Positions 26,041 through 39,094 of a stretch of 64,000 nt of DNA are shown here, in pieces. Made by a program: the position numbers and the translations under genes. Location: positions 123,814,001-123,878,000 of the forward strand of contig OX597817.1 in assembly GCA_951406725.2 (NCBI GenBank), written 5' to 3'. The notes below the pieces were generated by a model, which was not told the origin of the DNA, ran no database searches, and saw only the letters and a list, made by a program, of their open reading frames with translations. Each line of letters starts with the position of its first letter. Positions within the stretch are counted from its first letter, which is position 1. The DNA is from Octopus vulgaris. Its lineage: Eukaryota.

Positions 26041-26789
26041 TATATGGATATAGATATAGATATATACATATATATATATGTACATATACACATATATATA
26101 CATATCTATATATATATATACACATGTATATACACATTATATATGAATATATATATATATGTATATGTGTATGTATATATATAAGTTTGTATGTATCGTT
26201 TCACTGTAATGTCTCTCTCTTTTTAGGTTTCCAAAAGCATATTCAAGATTTGAAAATTAGATACTTATTGTATCCGGAGTCATATAGTTTTCTTATTTGT
26301 CTGTTTAAGTGGCAGCAAGTTGATATGTTGATAACTATTAGTAATGGTATTTTAAGTACTAATTGAACCATTGCATGACTTAAACCAATTGCATGCAGAT
26401 TTTAGTTTCACTGGTGGATTACTAAAGAAAGTGTTACTTTATATGTTCTGAATGAATATAATGTAGAATGATTGATAAATAGCTGATGAATGATAAGATT
26501 TAAGATGATAATATATAATCTTTAAATTTAGACTGAATGCATTATTGTTGGGAGAATTGATAGTGTCTGACAAAATGCCTTGCACTGGTTGTTGCATTTT
26601 ACATTCTCACTTCAAATCCTGTCAAATTCAACTTTACTTTTTTTTTTATCTTCTCCAGAATCGATAAAATAAAGCACCATTCAAGGGATAGTGTCAATTT
26701 TAATCAACTTAATCCTCGATCCTGCCAAATTTCAAGCCTTGTGCTTATCTTAGAAACTACTACTGCTACTACTACTGCTACTACTACTG

Positions 26790-26854
<65 letters not shown>

Positions 26855-26991
26855 GGTGCTGCTGCTGCTGCTCTGTTATATGCAACAGAAGCAGTATTAA
26901 GACAGCTATCTTACTGTGAAAAGTAAATTAAGATAATATTAAGATAATATTAATGTTGTTGTTGCTATTATTATTGTTGTTATTATTATCC

Positions 26992-27044
<53 letters not shown>

Positions 27045-27092
27045 TTTATTAAGATGAAGAATGCAATTTTACTGTAATAGATATTTTATTGG

Positions 27093-27135
27093 TTGAACGA
27101 TATTTTGACAGTAAGTCTGTCTTTATCGAGTTCAA
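27093..27135 (-). ncRNA. Degenerate minimal HHR relic at the PLE 3' end
   Basis: Reverse complement: ttgaac tcgataa a gacag actta ctgtc aaaa ta tc gttcaa, followed by aataaa. Stems I and II are perfect, core is mutated. Confidence 0.65.
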
Positions 27136-29389
27136 AATAAGAAGCGATAAAAATTCAAAATTATAGATATTTAAATTCAAATTATGAACAAGAGAAACCA
27201 GAGTCCGCACTTTAAGTTTCAATTTTATAACAGGCAAAAAGAAAAAGACAGAAAAAAAGACAGAAAGATAGAGGAAAGAAAAAAGAAAAGGAAAAAAAGA
27301 AGAAGAATATTTAATCAAACAGTTTTGTATAAATTTGATTATATTCTCCTGTTATTTTATTCATTCCTCCAGGCCGTGATGTTAATAACCCGCAAACACA
27401 TTTCTCCTCATGAATTTTGAGAAGTAATTCAGATATCTTCTGAGAATATGCACTTTCAAGTCTTTTTCAAAACTGCAGCCGTTTGAAGCAAAATGTTCAG
27501 CAAGTTCTGTCGAACCACTGCTATTGTGCTTGATGTCATATCTGTGCCCATTAAATCTTTCGTTTAATTGTTCTGTTGTACTACCAACATAAATCAACTT
27601 GCGTTTCGTGCATTCTGCCACATACATCAAAATGGGAATCTTTACATGTTCCACCTTCTGTATAAATCATAACATTTCTGTTATGATTCCAGATGGAATC
27701 AGGGTGGATAATCAGAGTGGCAGTGGAGATCAATGTGGGATGACGTGGGCTTGCAAAATAACTGTCATTATTCTACCTCCAGAAAACTTAACTTTTGTGT
27801 TCAAAAATTCAAAGCTAGTTTTTGAAAAACTAGACATAAATTTTATGTTGGACTTCAAGCCATAGTTTTTAGCATAACAGTCACTGAAATGCAAGAAGTC
27901 AATTAAACTATCCTGTGATCCTTCACAGACAAAAAAAATTTCATCAGTGAACTGTAACTGAAGTATTCGTTCATGACCATAAAGGGATTTGAATCTCTTC
28001 AGTAGCTGTGTCACGAATTTTGTCATGAAGATATTAGAAAAATTAACTGCCATGAGAGTACCCATGATGCAATCCCTTCTCTGGTGGTAAAATCTTTGTC
28101 CAAATTTCATTGTGTTACTTTGTAACTCAAATCTCAATAATCTACAAAGAAAATTTAATGGAATGCTTTTGTTTGAGCACTTTTTGAAGGCAGCCATGCA
28201 TGCTTCTACCCCTTCATTGTGGTCAATATTGGGATATAAGGGAAGAAACATCCATAGTTACCAAAAAACTGTTCTCGATATGGCCTCAGTGCTTAAAAAA
28301 GTTGTTGATTTTAGACACAAAATCAAAAGTATTCCGAATATAGGAACTTGATCTTTCTGTGACAAGAGGTAGAAAACCATCCAACCATTCTGAAATCTTG
28401 GCTGTACAACATTCATATTTGCTGCAAATTGGGTGCAGTGGAGAAAATCTTTCGAACTTTTTGTGTATTTTAGGGAGACTATAAAATACAAGTGTTCTTC
28501 TTACTGATCAAAAAATCCTGGATTCGGCCTTATTTATGAAATTGCTTTCCTCCATTTCCAGAATTATTTTGTCAAGTTCTTCTCTGTAATTGGAGTTTGG
28601 ATCAACAGGTAATTCTTCACAAGCCGAAATATACTTACTTTTGTCCATAATTATGATAGAGCCACCCTTATCCACCATTTTAATAACAATAGAATCATTA
28701 TTAGCTAGATGTCAGAGTGTGTAAAATTGGGAATTTGTGAGGTTATTCCAGTACTTCTTTGCCCTTGTTTTAAGGCTTTCTCAAATAACTGTCTGACAAG
28801 ATTCAAGAAATTACGGTAGTGCTTATGAACATCCAACCCAAACATTATCTGGATATCAATAGGGATTGTTTTCAATCCAATTATGCTAGATTCAATCATC
28901 ATCATTTTTATTTTCAGTAAGCATAGGGTTTCCTGATTCCTTGCCACCAATTTTTGAAAAAGATATTCCTTCAGCTTGTGACAGCAGACAAACTGAAATA
29001 GCCCTTGAGGTAGTTTATTCTTGTTGAAATTCTTAGCGCTTGGGCAGAAACTCAGTCCAAGATCTAAGGCTGAGACATCGTCAGGTGAAACTTTTAGTTT
29101 AGATAAATTAATGACCGACTTATTCTCTAGTGTGATGGATTTTCTCGGACAAGTGATTTTCATAGTCCTACTCTCATTAGATTCCTGACTACTTTTTGAG
29201 CTTTGCTCAAAATCTTCACTAAAAATATGGAACCTCTTGAATGATAAAATTTGTTCTGAATGTTCATGTGAGAAGTTATAATTTTTAGTCATACTTCTAG
29301 GGGTAATCCATTTCTGGGTAGGTGAAAGAAAGTAAGTGACTTCTGTGGTTTTTGTAGACATTTGAAAAACCTTTATTTTCAGGAAAGGA

Positions 29390-29835
29390 ACAAATTTATT
29401 GTTTACGAGGCAAAATCTTAAATATGCTCGCCTTTTTGACCGATCAAATAAAAACTTCTCTGGAGTATTTCCAATGATCAATTCAAATGCATACACCATG
29501 GCAAAAAGGCTACAATTATATGCACCAACTTGGGGATTAGTTACATGAAGTTGTTGAACTATAGGAATGATGATTGTTTGTAGTGAGTACAACATTGTAA
29601 TTTGTGCTATTAATTCTTGTGAAACTGTCATAAATATAAAAATTTCTGAACAAATGATTGTTCCTGGTGTGATGAATGAACAGTGTGTGGTGTGGACTGT
29701 ATGTTAGAAATTCTGTGCCAGAAAAAACTGTTGATTATATTGGAATTTTATGAAAATTTTCTGCTACAATTTTCAACCTGATGTCAATAAGTTTATCACA
29801 TAACATTTGTGTTGAAAGTAAAGACGACTTCTCCT
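29390..29835 (-). pseudogene. Ulp1/SENP-like (C48) cysteine protease domain, disrupted
   Basis: Manual minus-strand translation: LLSTQMLCDKLIDIRLKIVAENF, LFIHHTRNNHL, YIYDSF, then (frameshift) PQVGAYNCSLFAMVYAFELIIGNTPEKFLFDRSKRRAYLRFCL. This gives the His-Asp-Gln-Cys order of clan CE proteases. Confidence 0.72.
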
Positions 29836-30023
29836 ATTTCATATCAAATGTTCTCGACCAAAATGTTTCATTGCTCACTGGCTCAGAGGAATAGGAAATC
29901 AACTTTTTCAGCTTCTTTTCTTTTTTCATCTTCAGGGCTGAAATTTCCTTTGTGAAGAATTACGTCAATCCTTTTAAAATATTATTATTATTAATATTAT
30001 TATTATTATTATTATTATTATTA

Positions 30024-30087
<64 letters not shown>

Positions 30088-30869
30088 TGATTCCTGGTGT
30101 ATACACACATTTATTTTACTCCAAAGTTTGCCTTTAAAATATGATAATATTCAGAGAAAAGCCTACTCTTGATACTTAGAGTAAGACAACAAAAAGAGGA
30201 AGGTATCTTTTTATAAATTTTTCCTTAGCCATTTAAAAGCATGTCATTTTCATTTTCCAAATGTCACCATACATAAATATTCTATGCAACAATATGTTGT
30301 GTCAGCTTATGGGGAAAAGATAAGAATGCAAAAATATAATAGACAGCTTAAAAAGCAAAAAGAAAAGTGTAATGAACATTTAAATCAATGTTTAACACAT
30401 AAAAATATTCAAATCAGTCTAAGAGATAATTCTGAAAACAGCGTTAGCATCATTTGCACTTTAATTTGCTCACATAGTAGCTGTCTAAAAGTGAACCAAA
30501 CCACAATTACACAGCAGAACAAAAGGAAGTTTCAAACTTAAGGTAGTTTCAAGTAAAAACTTGTAATTGGGAAAAAATTAATAAGAACACACACAAGTCC
30601 AAAAGAAAGCAAAGAAAATATTTTTTACCTGCGTTCAAGCAAAAATGGAAGTGAACTTAATTATATTCCTAACAAGAATTACAACAGGCACTTCTGGGCA
30701 ACTCAGTCTTTGAAGCAAATGAGCAAACACCTTGTCTCCTAACAATAGAAACCAGTAGCACTATTACAACTGTTGTGTAACAAAGAATAAATAATGGTTG
30801 CAGAGGAATACATACAAGGTATTGAAGGAAATACTAATGGAAAAATATTTCAAAATAGAAAAGTCAACA

Positions 30870-32630
30870 CGAGACAACAGAAATTGAATGAGAAAGAACA
30901 ATTTCTTCAAAATCTGTACAACTACTCAAAAAAAATAAGGAAATGGTCTATGGTTCTTTGTCATTACAATTTGAAACAGACAGCTAAACAACAAAAGCAT
31001 GCATCTGTGGTGCCAGGCATTTTTCTTAGAAGTTAGGTTTAGAATATAAGCAGCATGCCAAAGACACATTGTTAGTGAAAACCAAACAAAATTACCATGA
31101 TAAATTAATGCAATCTCATACTGAAAATGTTGATGTTTCTCAATTGCAACTACCCCAAAGTGCAGTGTTGTTGTCATTTCTGTCAATAGACCAACTGTTT
31201 GCTTTGCACCCTCAGTGACATGAGAAATATCAAACTTCTTATTAGTAAAATAAGGGTTAGTGATAGGAAGAGCATCAGTCTGTAAAACAATGTCTTGATA
31301 ATATTTGCATTTAATAAAAAAAAACAGAGGTAAAATGAAAAGGGAAAATTTCCTGAAGAGAGGAGGATTATATTTTTTAGACTCACCAAAAGCAACTGGA
31401 AAAATTTTGTTACAAATTTAGTGCTAGCCAAAATCTGTCAGCAAAAAAGGAAATAACCTTAGCTGTAGCAAGCTCTGGAATTGCTGCAACTTTCATCCCA
31501 GGAGGTTGAACTCCTCACACAGCAGTCATGCTGCCATTAAATTTAACTTCAAATGATGAATCTGTTGGCAATATTAGTAAAAGTTCTTCTTTAGCTCAAG
31601 TTCTCATGAAATGTTCTTTGATCATATGAGATGAAGCTACAATGTCCCATAAAAATTTAGTAGAAGCTGTTAACAGAATGCTGCAGGATTTATTCAATTC
31701 CAATTGTTTGATGTGAGGTGTAACAGTAATACTTTCAGGTGATTTCAGACAAAATTTGCCAGTGATTCCCAGGAAAACAAAGGCAGATGAATTGAAAGCA
31801 TGCTTGAAATCTTCTGTTTTATGGAAACATATCAAAGTTTTAAAGCTTTCTATAAATATGAGGGTACATTTGCATGGGCACCATCTGTTGGAACACTTTG
31901 CCCATATTATTTTGTAACTTGGAGAAGGAAGGATAGATATCACTCATGAAGGTGACTTGAATCCATCAAAAATCTGCACCTTGTTTAGCTCAGTTTAGGA
32001 ACTTTTGAAAAAGTTTTGCGAAGTATATTGCACAAATGTTCTTGCTTGTGCAAAAGAGCAATCATGGCACCAAAGACCATTACTCCGAATGATTTAAATG
32101 GAAGACTCGAGAAACTTTTACCAGGAAATGAATATACCTACAAATTTAAAGACTCTGTTGTGGATTAATTGGAAATAGTCAATTACCCATTTGAGTTCAT
32201 AGGCTCACTGCAGCCACCAGCTCTTCCTCGTTGCTTTCCATTGCTTCTGCACAACCTTTCTCAACCAAACTGTGTAATTGCACAAGACTTGTTGTCAAGA
32301 AATTAATGAGAAATGTCATATAAGCCACAATAATTTCTGGCTGTGGAAAAGGTGAAGATGTTTTTATTTCCTCACTTGCCTTTAATACCTTCCAATATCC
32401 CCCTAAAGTTCAAATAACTTCAATATCCGATTCGTCTGTCTTTTGCAATGTTCAATAATAAGTCCCAAGGTCAGGTTTTGAAATTTGATGGTTTGCAATT
32501 AGAAGAGGTCTGTTTTTCACATGGTCAATTATATGTTGGTACATCCAGAGTGGAGAGCAAGAACAATCGTTTCATTTTTACCCCTACTAGTAAAACCTGA
32601 AACATTGTCTATAAGGAAGTCTTTACCATG
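30870..32630 (+). pseudogene. Helitron RepHel PIF1-family helicase remnant
   Basis: FFLDSPKATGK, LAVASSGIAAT, LII*DEATM, VILSGDFRQNLPVIP, LSINMRV, QYPIRLSFAM, KSQGQ, FSHGQLYVGTSRV, NIVYKEVF. Many stops and frameshifts. Confidence 0.93.
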
Positions 32631-33178
32631 AGACCAACAAACTAAAATTTGCAAAATTATTAATAACTTTAAATTGACATAGTCAACATCACACTATATT
32701 CGTCTACGAAAAGCTATTTGCATTTTTGTTTGTTGTTATACTTGAGTTCAATAAATTATAGTACATATGTTTTTAGTTTTCCCTGAACTTTTATTGACTT
32801 ATCTTGTACAAGGCATAAGCCAAAGTTTGTGTGATATTTGCTTCATTTATAGACTAAGAAATACTATAGGTCATAGATCAGAAGTTTATATGCACCCATG
32901 ACAATATTGGCCAAAAGAAAAACAGCTCTATCCTCTACATGAAAGTTAACAACCATTTCTAATATATGTTCAATACAATCTAAGTGAATAATTTTCAATA
33001 TTCATAGTACAATTTCGGCAGCTTATTTCAGTTCAGTCAATGACAGGCGTTTCTGCTAACAAACACTAATATATATATGCATATACATGCATGCATATAC
33101 ACAGAAACATACATGTGGAGATGCCTAACAATGTAAAAGGAGAACAAAATTTTGCTAAAGTCTTTCCAGACTGAATAA

Positions 33179-33217
<39 letters not shown>

Positions 33218-33844
33218 ATGTCTGTATGTCAGTGTGTATACACACACATACACAGATCTGCATGTTTGTGTTTGTGTGTGTGTGAGTCTGACTGTGTGTC
33301 TGTGTGTGTGTGTGCATGTGTATGTACAGTGAGAGTAGAGAGGTGGAAAATTACAAAGTGAGGGAGAGAGAGAGAAATGAATGAGAAATGACATCTTAAT
33401 TCTGATTGAATTTGCAAAAATACATGATTTTAAAACTAACATATCTTCAGTTTCTAGTCTTCATTGAATATAATCACAAATATAAGAATTTTGTCTCCAA
33501 ATTAATATTTTATCTATCAAATAGAAAACTATAAAAATCACTTGAATGTAAAATTCCAATTTTTTTTCCATTAACACTAATTTATCTATTTTATTTATTC
33601 AAATTTGTTTATTTAAACAAAAATTTAATGCAGTTAATATAATGTACTGTATGTAATGTACTGTTGTATCACAAGCAACACGTTATCTTGTGGACAGGAA
33701 GTTATTGCTGTTGAAAGTATTTTATAGTAATGTGAGAAAATAGCATTACAAAGGAAAAAGGTAATCTTCCAATCTCCCTCTCTTTCTTTCTCTCTCTCTC
33801 TTTCTTTTTTCTTACCCACTCTAAGCATCTAATTCTTTGTTTGC

Positions 33845-33903
<59 letters not shown>

Positions 33904-33907
33904 CCTA

Positions 33908-33948
<41 letters not shown>

Positions 33949-35265
33949 ATCTATCTATCAAGCTAGCTAGTTGTCTGTTTGTTTAACTTTTCATCTATCT
34001 ATCTATCAATCTTCTTATCTAAATATCTAGATGGCGGTGCCCAGCATGGCCACAGCTCATTAGCTGAAACTGGAAAATCAAAATCAAATATCTGACTATA
34101 TCTGACACTTTGTCTGTCTACATGCCCAAACATTAAACCCTCAACAACACAAAGATTTCTATTCTCTTCTTTGGTAATGTTTTGATATCTCATCATATTA
34201 CTTGTATTATTTTCTTTCATTGCTATAAAGTACATTTAACAACAATGGGCACCACATCCCATAAAATACTCTGAAGTGCATTGCATGAGGAATTTTACTT
34301 ATGTTACTTTTTTTGGTTAGCCCAAAGTCCGCTATGATGAAGCAGAATTATGATCAAAAACATTTAATCCATGTAAATTTCATTTTTATTCAGGGGCACC
34401 CTACCCCAGAAAACATTATCTAATACATTACTTTCTTTTAAGAAAATGAAGCATGGGTAGCAACAGTATAGCCAAATAGTTGAGAAGTTCAATTTGCAAT
34501 CACAAGGTCCTAGTTTCCATCTCAGTGAATGACATCTTGAGCAAGTGCTTCAGGTGAACCCAAGCCACATAGGTGAAATTGTGCAGATGGTAATTCATGA
34601 AAAGCTATTAGATCAGTTATACCTGTATTTCAAAATTTTATCCATATTAGTCTGAAATTTTTGGCACAAGGTCACCATTTTAAAGGAATGACATAAGTTG
34701 ATTACGTTGACCCCTAATGTTCAAATAGTACATATTTCATTGACCCCACAAGGATGAAAGGCAAAGTCGACCTTGGTGGAATTTGAACTTAGATGATGTA
34801 TCCTTATTGCACACTATCTCACATGGATTTTACCTAACAATTACATGAAGGGTTCTTATGTATGTGGAACACTCAGTACTTATATGCTAATTCAATGAAC
34901 AGTTGATCAACAACTGCTTCCTCATTGCTGAAATAAGGAGATGTCAAGCTTCCATTTTCTGAGTAGGACAGAAAAGAAGATTTGACTATAACTAGCAGGT
35001 CAGGTAGCCATCCAGAAATTCACTGGTTAGCTTGTGGAATATGTAAGTGGAAAGTTACTGTTTCAACAGTTTGAGATTCATCGAAATGTAATATGGAAAG
35101 TAAAGTAATGTTATATTCAGGAACAGACATAGAAGTACATCATGTTTTCACATACTGTATGTGCCATTAAATAAAAAGTTGGCATCAGGAAGAGCATCCA
35201 AAGAAGTCCAATCTAACTCATGCTGGTACAAATAAGCAGACATGAAAAAAGATAGTAATGATGAA

Positions 35266-35318
<53 letters not shown>

Positions 35319-36736
35319 CGACGACGATGCTGATGATATCACTGATGATGATGATGATGAAGATGACAGCAACGATGGTATTGATGATAATAACAATAAG
35401 GTAATGCTGCTATTCAAATCATATCCTATTGCAGTTGTTTTAAACAATTTAGATTACAATTTACGAAGAATTTTGTGTATTTTCTAATATTTCGAATCGA
35501 CCTACATTTAAAGACATTCTGATTTTGACCATCCAGTTTTTGGACTATATTATTTAATGTATCTTCTTTTATTAATCATACGATTATATGGATATTTCCG
35601 GGAGACTTGGTTTCTATTTCTATCAGATTAAATTAGCACACAGAAGCTCATTTGTTGACCCATAAAAAAAATTCCACCTATTTTGACAAGATACTCAACC
35701 TATGTCTATACAAGGAACTGCATTAAAGTTTAAACTACAAAGATTCTTACAAATGAAGTTTATTGTTGTTGTTATAGCAGCTTCTGTTGTTATTAAAGCC
35801 AAAGTCAATTTCAATCAAGCAAACCTACCAGCAAATATATTCCAGTTTTAACAATTCCTTTAGTTTTCTACATTTAGCAGACCCAGAACTACATTAATTG
35901 TACCCTTTTTTAAGCTAGTAAGCATGATTTGAGTGTGATTTTGCTGTTATTTCTAGTAAGCCAAGCGACCACGTAAAGGGTCCCTTGTTAGCTTACAATG
36001 AATTTGGTTGAAACAGTAACTAGTTTTACAGTGATTACAGAGTTCAGCAATTTTAATACAAAAAAGAGATATTGCGTTATTCATTACTTCTGAGTTATTT
36101 CACAAGACATTTTACGCTACTAATTATATTATAGTGATATGCTTAGCAATGCTTTTTTTATGTTAAGATATACTACAGAACAAATCTGTAAATCAAAGCC
36201 ATATCTGTGTTGTCATTGTCAATGCCATTATCATCATTTTAATTTCTACTTTCCATTCTATGGGCAGCTGCTCTTTCCATCACTAGTATTTAGTGATTGC
36301 TAAGAAAGATATTATGATACTATATTTCTCTAGTTCTTTGAACACAAACAACACAATAACTGGACGAGATTTCACAGAAAACTGCAAATAAACAAATCTC
36401 CTTCAATGATTATGATGTTCGCACAATTATCACACAATGTTAACACAAACAGACACAAACATATACATACACACAGACACATATGCATATGTATATGTAT
36501 TGTATCTCTCTTAATATGTATGTGTGTTTGTATGTAGAATGGAACAAAAGTCTTCATTATAACATCGTAAATTACACAATGTTTACACTCACTTCACTAG
36601 TGTATAAGCTGTAAGATATGCCGTTATCATTGCATAGGTAGTTGTATAATCATTTTGAAACACCAGATCTTCAGAAGAATATAGCAATTTAATCCATTGT
36701 TATTTACCATGTATATATATATATATATATATATAT

Positions 36737-36923
36737 ATCACCGTGATCACCGTGGCTGACCAGACTATCAGATGTTGCTACACATCGCTGGTCACAATGC
36801 GCTTTGCATTGTTTTAGTCTTCAAATGATGCCACCCCGCTGGCTAAGCGAGCAGGCCAACTGAAGAAAGAGTGAGAGAAAGTTGCGGCGAAAGAATACAG
36901 CAGGGACTGCCACCAACCCCTGC
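36737..36923. repeat. GC-richer interspersed repeat fragment inside (TA)n
   Basis: Abrupt compositional island between two (TA)n tracts. Resembles a retroelement 3' end, family uncertain. Confidence 0.45.
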
Positions 36924-37319
36924 ATATATATATATATATATATATATCAGAGGCAAATCCAGATCATCAGCGTCACTTGGGCTCATCACAGATTTCACCC
37001 AAATGATTTATTTTTTATATCTAGCACTATGTCTTTCTCCATTTCTATGGTAAGGTTGAAAATAAAGCAACCCTGCAAAATGCAACTGATTTTTACACAC
37101 AGATGCACAGAATAACAGCAATAATGACAGAATAATGACAGCGGAGTACACAACAAACATCAGTGATCTGACTGTCATCTGTACTCTTGACAAGTGACAT
37201 CACTTAGCCTTTTACACCTATCAGACTCATTTGTACTGGCTGAAGTTACTGGATAATTTCTTTCACTTCTTTAAGAATATTGTAGAAAGAAAGCTTTTCA
37301 TAGAATGGAATTTAAATCC

Positions 37320-37797
37320 TAATCATCATTATCATCCTCATCCTCAATTAACGTCTGTTGTCCATGCTGGCATGGGTTGGAGAGTCTGACTGGGCTATCA
37401 TGCTGGAAGGCTGTGCCAGGCTCCAGTCTGATTTGCCGTGGTTTTCTATGGCTAGATGTCCTTCCTAACACCAACCACTCCAAGTGTGTGTAATGGGAGC
37501 TTTTACATGCCACTGGTATCTACCATGACTGATTTTGCTCAGCTTGACAGGCCTTCTTCTCAAGCATGACATAATGTCAAAGGTCTTGGTCACTACTTCG
37601 ATGAGGCCCAACACTTGAAAGTAACTTGGCCACTTTGCCTCCATGGGGCCCAATGCTTGAAAGGAACTTAGCCACCTCACCTCCATGAGGCCAACACTTG
37701 AAGGAATTCAGCCATTTTGCCTCTATGAGTCCCAACGCTCAAAAGAAACTCAACCACTTTGCCTCCATGCGGCCCAATGCTCAAAAGGAACTCAGGA
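37320..37797 (-). mobile_element. RTE-tail-like retroposon with ~45-47-bp tandem repeats
   Basis: catcat tail and tccatgctggcatgggttgg. Unit ccactttgcctccatg.ggcccaa.gct.gaaaggaact occurs about four to five times at 37595-37797. Confidence 0.75.
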
Positions 37798-38027
37798 TTA
37801 GGGTTAACACAAACAAGATGAGGAAAATATCCGTCAATTGTAAATAATGTAAATAATTTTCAGAAATAAATGTTGCACAAAAAATATTCAACTGAATAAG
37901 TAAAATAATTATGAATGGTGCACAGCATTACATTAAATAATTTTCCTAGTGAAACGATTATGATTGGTCCAGAGCACGAGGAAACAACACTCAACCAAGG
38001 TACTGTGCAGTTGGTATAAACCCAACA

Positions 38028-38335
38028 AAGGACAGACATAGGTATTAAGTCGATTACATCGACCCCAGTGCGGAACTGGTACTTAATTTATCGACCCCGA
38101 AAGGATGAAAGGCAAAGTCAACCTCGGCGGAAATTGAACTCACAACGTAACAGTATTTCGTCTGTCGTTACGTTGTGAGTTCAAATTCTGCCGAGGTCGA
38201 CTTTGCCTTTCATCTTTTTGGGGTCGATAAATTAAGTACCAGTTATGCACTGGGGTCGATGTAATCAACTTAATACCTATGTCTGTCCTTGTTTGTCCCC
38301 TCTGTGTTTAGCTCCTTGTGGGTAATAAAGAAATA
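38028..38335 (+). mobile_element. SINE family C insertion with 5' inverted duplication and 15-bp TSD
   Basis: Arms 38028-38151 and 38167-38290 are reverse complements. ggtataaacccaaca occurs at 38013-27 and 38336-50. Nested in an older family B SINE. Confidence 0.9.
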
Positions 38336-38409
38336 GGTATAAACCCAACACTACATGGATGTGAAGCAAACATCTTAACCACACAGCCATGTAAATTAAT
38401 TGAAATCAG

Positions 38410-38995
38410 TTACATATTGTGGACAGAAAATGGCCATCTGTTTGTGTTTTCATCATTTCACTATGGACAGAAAATGAAGAATCAGCTGGTTTATGGTTTC
38501 AATCATCATTACATTGTCATGAGCGACCATTTACCCTACTCTTAACTGCCCTCAATGAAATCATATTTATAGCCACTATTATTAAAGGCTTTATTCAATC
38601 AGGTACACGGATTTGCATATTAGATGCATTCTTGGCAGTTAATTTGATTAAGTAAATCACTGATGCGTTAGCACTCTTTGTTTTTGATGTTGTGATATAC
38701 TGCAGAATAAGACTATAGTTTCATGTTCACACTATACGTGGATAAATTTATTAGAATTAATTGGATACATTGGGCAGTCATAAATAGCTGTCTTTGTTTT
38801 TGCAACTGCGGACAGAAAAAGAGTGATCTGGTGGAGTTTTAATAGTGATTACAATTTCATTTGCAACCACTTACTCTAGTCTTAACTGTCTACAATGAAA
38901 TTGTATTTAAAGCCACTATTATTAAGAGCTTTATTGAATCAGGTATACCAATTTGCATATCTTAGCTGTTATATTGATTAAATAAATTACCGAAG
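38410..38995. repeat. Diverged direct duplication of ~200-250 bp
   Basis: ggacagaaaa...cttaactg.c..caatgaaat..tattta.agccactattattaa..gctttatt.aatcaggta..atttgcatat occurs at ~38465-38655 and ~38810-38985. Confidence 0.8.
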
Positions 38996-39094
38996 TATTG
39001 GTTAACAAGTCATTTGATATAACTAAATATATCCAAAGCTCAATCTAATTTGTGCAGAGAAATGAAAAGCAGGTTACCATTACTAATATCTTGT

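Larger units (their letters stand above)
27050..29978 (-). mobile_element. Decayed Penelope-like retroelement: Ulp1-like protease, RT, GIY-YIG, HHR relic
   Basis: PLE N-terminal motif SVINLSK...ALDLGLSFCP. RT motifs LYPNIDHNEG, FYHQRRDCIMGTLMAVNFSNIFM, QFTDEIFF. Endonuclease MYVAECTKRKLIYVGSTTEQLNERFNGHR...LAEHF. (TTA)n on both sides. Confidence 0.9.

Noticed and set aside
30870-32630. Host PIF1 helicase gene
   Set aside because: It is intronless, full of stops and frameshifts, and has Helitron-type motifs, so it is a transposon relic.
35148-35487. Poly-Asp/poly-Ser ORFs (also poly-Thr 26741, poly-Leu 29952, poly-Ile 63344)
   Set aside because: Trinucleotide microsatellites, in part retroposon tails, with no domain or splice support.
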